This document shows positions 8,662 to 16,241 of a DNA stretch of 32,000 bases, piece by piece. The DNA lies in assembly GCF_000354175.2 (NCBI RefSeq), contig NC_022359.1:960001-992000 (forward strand). Reading direction: 5' to 3'. The notes beneath the pieces are model-generated. The model did not search any database. It worked only from the letters and a program-made list of their open reading frames with translations, and had not been told where the DNA came from. The position numbers and the translations under genes were made by a program. This DNA comes from Vibrio alginolyticus NBRC 15630 = ATCC 17749 (lineage in GTDB: Bacteria > Pseudomonadota > Gammaproteobacteria > Enterobacterales > Vibrionaceae). Numbering within the stretch: the stretch's first letter is position 1; every line of letters starts with the position of its first letter.

Positions 8662-9789
8662 ATGAACCTACGTCATACATTATGCTTGATTACCTTAGCG
8701 GTCTTATCTGGTTGTAATCAAGAATCAGCCAAGGAACCAGAACAACACGCGCCAAAACCTCAGACGGTTCAAGACCGAATCGCAGAAAAAAATGCTCAAC
8801 AGTGGGAAGATGGTCGTGTTTATATTACAGAAAACAATTACGTTATTTATGACAAAGAGACGGGTAAACCTAAACACTTTATTTTTAAAGCTAAAGAATG
8901 GCCACGTGAAGATCTCACCAATGAAAGCTCTTATGATTTACCACGTGTAGTGTTTCGTTGGGATAACGCCCGAAATGAAGCGAAAGACCACTATGATCAA
9001 AGGGATAAAGTGTGGAGTATCAAAACGGATGGGACGGACTTGCGTCTGGTCGCAGATGAGTTTGTTGGCAAAGTTCGTCTAATGCGTGTCTCTCCAAATA
9101 ATCGCTACTTGGCTTTGGCCTATTCGGCCTCAGAAGGGATGTTTAAAGTAATTAAAGATCTTAAGACGGGTGAGTATATTGAACTAGGTCGTTCACGTGG
9201 CTACCCAGAGTTTCTATGGGCAGAAGACAGCAGCTATCTTTACTACGTAGACAAGTTTAAAGACTGGAAGTACACCTTAGCGACAGGCGACAAACAGCAA
9301 GTAGACACAGAGTTTAATGAGTATTCCGTGATTCAAAAAGGAAAAAGATACGTACTAAACGACTTTGGCGTTGCAGTTTATGATGAGGCAAAAGACGAAT
9401 TTCTCTTTAGCACGGGAATTAATCCTGATGAACAAAATCTGGGTGATTATAAGTTTAACAAACGTAGTATTAGTCCAGACGGTAAGTACGCTTGGGGTGA
9501 AAGTAGGAAGTTTCGTTATCTAATTGATATCGAGCAGGATTCATTTCAACAAGAAGAAATTGTACCGCGAGCGGTAGGTAAACTGCGCTATTTTGAAATT
9601 TTGAGTAAAGATGCGAATTATGCTCGGGATGGAGCGGCGCGGGCCATCCTCAGTAAACTAAAAGAAAATAAAGAATTTGGTTCTTATTTAAAATGGGAGC
9701 AAATAGGGACGGGCCATAGTGCCAGTAACTCTTCTCTTTACAACGCCTTTGCCAACAATGGTGGTTTTGTTAAAGGGGATGAACTGTGA
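8662..9789 (+). CDS. Lipoprotein with TolB/PD40-like beta-propeller repeats; candidate immunity protein
   Basis: The N-terminus MNLRHTLCLITLAVLSGCNQ is a signal peptide with lipobox LSGC, and the +2 residue is Asn. Repeats such as DGTDLRLV...VSPNNRYLAL and ISPDGKYAW resemble PD40/TolB-type blades. The gene sits between two leaderless large proteins, and its stop overlaps the next start (GTGA). Confidence 0.6.
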   Translation: MNLRHTLCLITLAVLSGCNQESAKEPEQHAPKPQTVQDRIAEKNAQQWEDGRVYITENNYVIYDKETGKPKHFIFKAKEWPREDLTNESSYDLPRVVFRWDNARNEAKDHYDQRDKVWSIKTDGTDLRLVADEFVGKVRLMRVSPNNRYLALAYSASEGMFKVIKDLKTGEYIELGRSRGYPEFLWAEDSSYLYYVDKFKDWKYTLATGDKQQVDTEFNEYSVIQKGKRYVLNDFGVAVYDEAKDEFLFSTGINPDEQNLGDYKFNKRSISPDGKYAWGESRKFRYLIDIEQDSFQQEEIVPRAVGKLRYFEILSKDANYARDGAARAILSKLKENKEFGSYLKWEQIGTGHSASNSSLYNAFANNGGFVKGDEL

Positions 9790-12700
9790 GCACTCATGAT
9801 ACCAGTAACGCGATACCTTTGTGTGCAAATTACTATTTGTTTGGTGTTTATTATGAGGGGGAATTTAACTCTCAAACTAAAACAACTGAATTCCCATCTT
9901 GGCATTCAGAGGAAAGCTTGGTAAGAAAACAAATCGCTAATATTCGCCCTTTAGCGAAAGTGCCGATGCTTAACGTCACTGATAGCGATAGCCCTAAGCT
10001 TTGGGCTACCGACCATAAATTTAAGTTATGTTCACTGGGTAACGGAAAGCCCGATCAATATGGGGCTTTTGAGGTCCTGACACCAGAGCACACAATTCAT
10101 GCGTTAGGTAGGGATCTACCCAAAGAGGGTGAGCAGACCTTCACTTTCCGCTTTCCGCCCTTGCCTTTAATAGCTTCACTTTCTGAGTTAAACCCCAAAG
10201 AGTTAGCTACAAAAGTTGCAGAGTTGAGTAGCCAGTTGGAAAACAGCGAAGCAAAACTCACCTTGACAGAGGTCAGCATTGAACAATTGGCTAAGCCTTA
10301 CGAACCAGCTGCGAACGGGGGGCTCAGCGAAGAACAGGCAGAATATAATAAGTGGTATGAAGATGTAAGTGAATCGGGAGAGACACTAAAAGGCTTCGTT
10401 TTACCTGTTGTGGCGAGTTGCGCGGTGGTTTTTTCTGATCAAGGCTATGAAAGTGCGACGGTTACTTTGCAAAAGTTTGACTCAACCAAAGAAGGTGGGG
10501 AATACAAAACGATAGGCTCTTCAGTACAAGCGGCATTACCTGAAGATGAGCTTTCAGAAGAAAATGCTAAGCAATATCCATGCGCGATGTTTCACGTTGA
10601 TCCTGCTGATTTTAAAGAAGGCTTATATAGTATCCGTGTCGAATTTATTCCAAGCCAGATGAAAAATGGTGTTCCACAGTTCATTAAAGACGCTCATATT
10701 CAGCAATTTTCTGAAGGCTTAGATACAGTCTATACTTACGAGCTACGTGAACAGATTACCTTTTCTTCAAGCACTCCGTTAGGGAAATTTGCCATTGTCA
10801 GTGGCGATATGATCTCCCTTGAGGAATCCTTGATTTATCAATACCCTCAGTACTTTGGAAATATGAAACATTACCTTCACGGTAATGTACAAGGTGTAAC
10901 AGCCGATACGCCAGCTTCAAGGAGTATTGCGTTACTCAAGAATATCCGAGATGTGTCTGCTCAGCTAGGAGCAGGGCTGCTGAGCGGTAGCTTGCAAGAC
11001 ACTTTAGACCGTGATGGCCGCCAAGCGGTGTTTAATAACGTCTCGAAACTGTATTGGGATGCAGTTAAGTCCGAGATGCCGCCTGCGATGAAAGCGGCGG
11101 GCGAATTGTATTACGGTATTTACAGTACGAAAGAAGCGCTTGATAAGTTGCAGGAACTCCACACTCCAACTATCGCGGGTGTTGGTTGGAAGGCGCTATT
11201 TCACGATAAGGTTTTTAACACCAATGAAGCTCGGTCAAGCGCACTTGCACTTTCTTTAGAATCACGTCTGGGTAACCGACGTGTGGTTGCCGGGCGAGTT
11301 GCGGAAGCTTGGCTTTCTGGTGGTAAAACCGTTGGTTTTAATGGCTTCGGAACGGGATTGACAGCACTTAGTTTGTATAAAAAAGCTAAACAGCTGGTTA
11401 ATCAAAATAAAAAGGTTGATAAAGCAGAGCAAGGAACAGAAGAAGTTACAAAAGACTACCTTGCTCAAATTCCAGTTTGGAAGACAGCTAACCATATCCA
11501 GGAAGAAAAACTAGAACAGGCTTTAAAAGATGCGCGTGATCAATCTGGCAATCAGATTGACGCCATTCTCGTAAATAGCTCTAGAGGCGCAGGAATAAAA
11601 ATAGAATTTGCCTTTAACTCGCGTGAAAAAGAGTTAAAGGAGCATGCACCTATATTTAAACAGCTTGCTGCTTCTCTTGCCAACGTTTTAGAGAATGAGC
11701 CAAACCTTAGAGTAGAGATAGAAGGGCATGCTTGCCAAGTCGGTACCGAGAAAGCAAATATGCAGGTCTCGGCAGAGCGCGCAGAATATGCGAAAAAACT
11801 GCTCATGAAGGAGTTCCCTGTTTTTGAAGGTCGTGTTTCGGTAGCCGCTTTTGGTGAAAGTAAACCTGTCTATGTTCCCAAACAAGGTGAAAAAGTCGAC
11901 CGCAATAACCTTAATCTAAGACAAAACCGTCGGGTTGTAATCCGTATTTACCTGCAATCCCTGAACATATTCTTTCATCCCAGTCGCTATGGCTCGCATG
12001 CAATGGAACGCTCTAGGCTTGCTCTAGAAGCTGAGATGGTTGCGCAAGATAAAGCAGAAGTCGCACTGCGAATGGCGATTTTTGACAGTGTCGTTGACGT
12101 CGCTTCCTATATTCCTGCTATAGCTCCTGCGGCAAGAGGGTTTATGCTTGCCATAGAGGGGTCAAAGACAGCAATATCTGCGGTGAAAGTGATTGATAGT
12201 TTAATGTTGGACTCCTTCCTAGAAGAGTTAAAGCAAAGCCATGAGGTTGTCAGTGAGCTTGAAAGGCTGGCAAAAATACATATCGAGTTACTTAACGATT
12301 TGCGACGCAGTAAGGTAGATGTAGGTATTGAATGTAGGTCTTATCAGGAACTCATTACTCACCTTGAGAGCGAAGAAGTTCGTAAGGAGGTGTTAAAACG
12401 CTACCAACTACGAGCGCTTGCTATTAATGGCTTAGTGTTATTACTCGCTGACCTAGGATCTCAAACCAAACGGAATTCTAATATCTCGTTTAGGTTTTTG
12501 GTTGAGCGTTACAAGGTGAAGGAATACATTGAGAACTACATTTTGAGCGATGATTGGTCTGTACATACGATCAAAGGAAACACCTTAGCGGCTAACTGGA
12601 AGAACCGTTGTGATAACGAGTACTACACCGAATTATCGACAAAGATGCCACAAGGTGCGCAGCATTGGCCTGCTCCAATAACAACTAATAGCAAAGTTTC

Positions 12701-14531
12701 TCATCTCTCTATAACCGAAAACAGGGATAGCTTTAAAGCGTCAGGTGCATTTAATCAAATCTTCCCGATACAAACCATGTTGTTTGAACACCCAAATGAA
12801 ACGATGTTTGATAACTTTACCGAGTCATTTAACCCGCAGGGAAGTGAGTTAAAGAAAGATGAAATCGGCTATTGTCGAATACTTGTTCAGTCAGCTCGTT
12901 ATACTGAAAGTGATGAACCAGAATGGATGTCATATGATAGTTGGATTCAGCAATCTAGCAACAGTCGCCTAGGTCCATACGATAAAGTGAAAGTGCAGTT
13001 GATACTTAAAAAAGAACACAAGTATGCGAAGCCAGTTACGATTGGCTACGATCGCGTTGACGGGCTCGAAAATATTAAAGGCCCAGCTTTCAGTGACTGG
13101 ATGCTGCCAATGAAGGTTAGTGACTTCAAAACTGATCCTGATGGGCGAATAAGTGCTTTTTACAAGCAACAGGGGATTGATGACGGCGCTACGTTGATTG
13201 CTATTGAGCATATTCCCTCATTCCGCTTCGGTGATGTGATGATCGACGGTATGAAACCAATGACCTCTAAAGCAAAGCTAATGTTCTCTGATGCAATGTT
13301 CAGTATGGCAGTTTCCGGAGCAGCGATATCGGGTCAGCCAAGCGACTATTTTGCAGAAGCGGATTCCTTTAAGCGCTATGTAAAAGGCGGAGGCTTCCAA
13401 AATATGCGTTACTGCTTGGGAATTAGAACGAATCAAGGGCAACATAGTTTTTACTTACCACAAGAGTACAGTCTGGGGCAGAAGTTTGATGATGCTGAAG
13501 ATGAGTTGCAGATTGGCGCTTTAAGTACAGAAACTAGACTGGTTTTGCTTGATACCTACTTGGGAGAGCAGCAACTGCGTCTACGTGAACAGGACCTTAT
13601 GGTAGAGAGCTTTACCTTAATGGCAGGTGAGGGAGACAAAAATACCATCCCTATACTTCATGGCATTAAACAGCAATTGGTGGCTATAGACACCAAAGCG
13701 TCTGGTTTGAACTTTTTCAGTGAAAGAAAGTGGTACCAATCGGCTGATAATATCTGGCGTGATGGTTTCTCATGGGGAAACAAAAAGAAAGACGATCCTG
13801 CCAGTATTTATGTACTGATTTTGGGTGAAAGTCATGAAAAAGCACTTTATGAACGTTTGGGTATGCCGTGGGAAGCAGTGAATATGTGCATTCAACTGGC
13901 GCTCGACGGAAATGATGGCAAGCCAGTTAAAGGTCCTCTTTACTTCACCGATATGTATCATATTGGTGAGTTTGCCTATAAAAACGAAGAATGGATGTTT
14001 ACTGAATCTATTTCCGAAAACCATCGAGAACAAGTTGATGCCATGAGTGAGTTTATAGGTGAAGCTGTAGGTAGTCTCACTAAAGAGAATGAACTATCTA
14101 AGAGCAAAAACTATACGATGTACTGCATGAGGTTTAACTTGGAATATGTTGCACCAACGGGAGTTAGGTTAAAAGGTCTAAGACCGTTTGGTGGTGTAAT
14201 TGGTGGTAAAGCGAACTTGGAGCTTTCGGTTGCTCATCTAAAACAAGTCGGATTAAATGGAGCTGATGACTATGATATTGGTCGTGATGCTGTAATTTCT
14301 ATTCCTTCTTTAAATGCGGATAGTGCTTTGGCTGGTAATTTCTTTAGTGATATGCCTTGGTTAATTGAGAAAGAGTCGACAGAGGAAGGCGTAGACAAGT
14401 CTGCGGCTGAAACTTGGAAGCAGTATAACGAATCTCAACGCAAGAAATGGTTGAAAGATTGGATTGAGAAACAACCTGCGGTAACTCAAGCACCCAAGCC
14501 CTTGGAAAAGTCACTTGATAACCCTTCCTAG
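9786..14531 (+). CDS. 1581-aa leaderless protein with internal OmpA-like peptidoglycan-binding domain; candidate secreted co-effector or effector
   Basis: GTG start at 9786 with AAGGGG upstream and a 4-nt overlap with the upstream stop; the next in-frame Met is far downstream. No signal peptide. Residues ~600-722 (nt ~11580-11955) read LRVEIEGHACQVGTEKANMQVSAERAEYAKKLL...AAFGESKPV...NRRVVIRIY, which fits the OmpA_C-like pattern. The rest has no family I recognise. Confidence 0.6.
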   Translation: MSTHDTSNAIPLCANYYLFGVYYEGEFNSQTKTTEFPSWHSEESLVRKQIANIRPLAKVPMLNVTDSDSPKLWATDHKFKLCSLGNGKPDQYGAFEVLTPEHTIHALGRDLPKEGEQTFTFRFPPLPLIASLSELNPKELATKVAELSSQLENSEAKLTLTEVSIEQLAKPYEPAANGGLSEEQAEYNKWYEDVSESGETLKGFVLPVVASCAVVFSDQGYESATVTLQKFDSTKEGGEYKTIGSSVQAALPEDELSEENAKQYPCAMFHVDPADFKEGLYSIRVEFIPSQMKNGVPQFIKDAHIQQFSEGLDTVYTYELREQITFSSSTPLGKFAIVSGDMISLEESLIYQYPQYFGNMKHYLHGNVQGVTADTPASRSIALLKNIRDVSAQLGAGLLSGSLQDTLDRDGRQAVFNNVSKLYWDAVKSEMPPAMKAAGELYYGIYSTKEALDKLQELHTPTIAGVGWKALFHDKVFNTNEARSSALALSLESRLGNRRVVAGRVAEAWLSGGKTVGFNGFGTGLTALSLYKKAKQLVNQNKKVDKAEQGTEEVTKDYLAQIPVWKTANHIQEEKLEQALKDARDQSGNQIDAILVNSSRGAGIKIEFAFNSREKELKEHAPIFKQLAASLANVLENEPNLRVEIEGHACQVGTEKANMQVSAERAEYAKKLLMKEFPVFEGRVSVAAFGESKPVYVPKQGEKVDRNNLNLRQNRRVVIRIYLQSLNIFFHPSRYGSHAMERSRLALEAEMVAQDKAEVALRMAIFDSVVDVASYIPAIAPAARGFMLAIEGSKTAISAVKVIDSLMLDSFLEELKQSHEVVSELERLAKIHIELLNDLRRSKVDVGIECRSYQELITHLESEEVRKEVLKRYQLRALAINGLVLLLADLGSQTKRNSNISFRFLVERYKVKEYIENYILSDDWSVHTIKGNTLAANWKNRCDNEYYTELSTKMPQGAQHWPAPITTNSKVSHLSITENRDSFKASGAFNQIFPIQTMLFEHPNETMFDNFTESFNPQGSELKKDEIGYCRILVQSARYTESDEPEWMSYDSWIQQSSNSRLGPYDKVKVQLILKKEHKYAKPVTIGYDRVDGLENIKGPAFSDWMLPMKVSDFKTDPDGRISAFYKQQGIDDGATLIAIEHIPSFRFGDVMIDGMKPMTSKAKLMFSDAMFSMAVSGAAISGQPSDYFAEADSFKRYVKGGGFQNMRYCLGIRTNQGQHSFYLPQEYSLGQKFDDAEDELQIGALSTETRLVLLDTYLGEQQLRLREQDLMVESFTLMAGEGDKNTIPILHGIKQQLVAIDTKASGLNFFSERKWYQSADNIWRDGFSWGNKKKDDPASIYVLILGESHEKALYERLGMPWEAVNMCIQLALDGNDGKPVKGPLYFTDMYHIGEFAYKNEEWMFTESISENHREQVDAMSEFIGEAVGSLTKENELSKSKNYTMYCMRFNLEYVAPTGVRLKGLRPFGGVIGGKANLELSVAHLKQVGLNGADDYDIGRDAVISIPSLNADSALAGNFFSDMPWLIEKESTEEGVDKSAAETWKQYNESQRKKWLKDWIEKQPAVTQAPKPLEKSLDNPS

Positions 14532-14534
14532 GTG

Positions 14535-14566
14535 CAAAAAAACCGCCTTCGGGCGGTTTTCTTTTC
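14535..14566. terminator. Bidirectional Rho-independent terminator between convergent genes
   Basis: AAAAAAACCGCC-TTCG-GGCGGTTTTCTTTTC: a GC stem with a TTCG tetraloop, an A-run on one side and a T-run on the other. It lies between the stop at 14531 (+) and the stop at 14610 (-). Confidence 0.85.
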
Positions 14567-14609
14567 TTATCACTTCATACTGAATTTAGAAGTTTCTTTT
14601 TAACCCCCA

Positions 14610-16241
14610 TCAACCAGCTGCAGAAATGTCGTATTTCTTCATCTTGTGGTTGAGTGTGCTCATTGGCAGCGCCAATTGCTCAGCGGCCTTCTTGGTGTGC
14701 CAATTACACGCATTTAAGCAATCGATGATCACTGTACGCTCGTATTGGCTGACAACGTCCTTAAGGCTCTTTGAAACGTCTTCTAAATCCGCTTGTGCTT
14801 GCTGCTCGTAAGCAGGTTGCTCTGGGGTAGGTGAAGCTGCTTTCATGTCGATACTTGGTACATCTTCTGGGATTTGTTCGCCAAACTCAATGTGAGTAAT
14901 GGTTTCAAAATCGGACAGTAGCACCGAGCGCTCGATGATGTTCTTAAGCTCACGCACGTTCCCTGGGTATTGGTAGGCAAGCAGCTGTTTACGTACGTTG
15001 GCACTTAACCCTGGCGCTTGCGGCAGACCTAGCGTGTTGGTTGTGTGTTGCACGAAATGTTCGGCAAGGGGAATAATGTCTGACTTGCGAGCTCTCAATG
15101 GTGGTAATGTAATAGGGAACACATTCAAACGATAGAACAAATCGGCACGGAATCCGCCATCTTTGATTTGCTGCATAAGATTACAGTGGGTTGCGGCGAT
15201 AACGCGAACGTCCACCTCAATCTCTTTGCTGGTACCGATAGGGCGAACTTTGCGTTCTTGTAGTACACGCAGTAACTTTGCCTGCAGTAGCATTGGCATA
15301 TCGCCAATTTCATCTAGGAAAAGCGTGCCGCCGTTGGCTGCTTCAAACAAACCGACTTTGTCTTTGTCTGCGCCCGTAAATGAACCTTTCTTATGCCCAA
15401 AAAGCTCAGATTCCAATAACTGCTCTGGAATAGCCGCACAGTTCTGAACGATCAAAGGCTGTTCTGAACGATTAGAGTTTTCGTGAATGTATTTCGCGAT
15501 CACTTCTTTACCAGCGCCCGTTTCACCACGCAACAGAACGTCGACAGGAAGAGATAGCACCTTATCAAGACGATTCAAGACATTGAGCATTTCTTCGCTC
15601 TCTGCAATAGGACCTTGATAGGCTTTCTGGGTACGTTTTTTGAGCTGAGTGTTCTCGCGCACTAGGGCTTGATTGTCGGCATTGAGATTTTTTATTACTT
15701 GCCCGTATTGCTCTAACCACACAGCTTGGCGAATATTACTCGCGGCCATACGACAAAACTCAGTCAATGCAGCTTCATTGTCGATAACATTTAAATCGAG
15801 TAAGACTAACAGTCCAATGGTTTTGCTTTCGCTATCAATCAAAGGCCAAGCCAATAAGTTCTCGCTTTTTAATCCCAGTGTCTGCTCAGTTTGATAGATG
15901 CTTTCGCAGTCATAGCCGTTGTACTTATACAACTCGTTAATCAACACCACTTCACCATTACGAATGGCAAAGTTAAATGGGTCGTTCTCACTGGCTGAGT
16001 CTAACTGTAATGCTTCCCAAGGGTGGGAAACGATAGTTTTATCGTTATGGTGAGCGGTACTTGGAATCAACGCCTGCCCAGTCTGGTCCAAAACGTAAAT
16101 GATGCCGTGCTTTGCGAGGGTCATTTGTCTCGCAGCGGTCAACACAGCATCCAACGTTTGGGTAAGCTGGCTGCGATCAGCCAAAGACTGACTGATCGCA
16201 AGTAGGGCGTTACTAAGTTCGCTATGGTTAGCTGAACGCAT
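14610..16241 (-). CDS. Sigma54-dependent enhancer-binding transcriptional activator (GAF - AAA+ - Fis-type HTH), VasH-like T6SS regulator
   Basis: Walker A GETGAGKE, sigma54-contact loop GSFTGA, LFLDEIG Walker B region, a C-terminal HTH (AAEQLALPMSTLNHKMKKYDI) and an N-terminal GAF-like sensor region. Its start overlaps the clpV stop by 14 nt. Confidence 0.85.
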   Translation of the reverse strand: MRSANHSELSNALLAISQSLADRSQLTQTLDAVLTAARQMTLAKHGIIYVLDQTGQALIPSTAHHNDKTIVSHPWEALQLDSASENDPFNFAIRNGEVVLINELYKYNGYDCESIYQTEQTLGLKSENLLAWPLIDSESKTIGLLVLLDLNVIDNEAALTEFCRMAASNIRQAVWLEQYGQVIKNLNADNQALVRENTQLKKRTQKAYQGPIAESEEMLNVLNRLDKVLSLPVDVLLRGETGAGKEVIAKYIHENSNRSEQPLIVQNCAAIPEQLLESELFGHKKGSFTGADKDKVGLFEAANGGTLFLDEIGDMPMLLQAKLLRVLQERKVRPIGTSKEIEVDVRVIAATHCNLMQQIKDGGFRADLFYRLNVFPITLPPLRARKSDIIPLAEHFVQHTTNTLGLPQAPGLSANVRKQLLAYQYPGNVRELKNIIERSVLLSDFETITHIEFGEQIPEDVPSIDMKAASPTPEQPAYEQQAQADLEDVSKSLKDVVSQYERTVIIDCLNACNWHTKKAAEQLALPMSTLNHKMKKYDISAAG

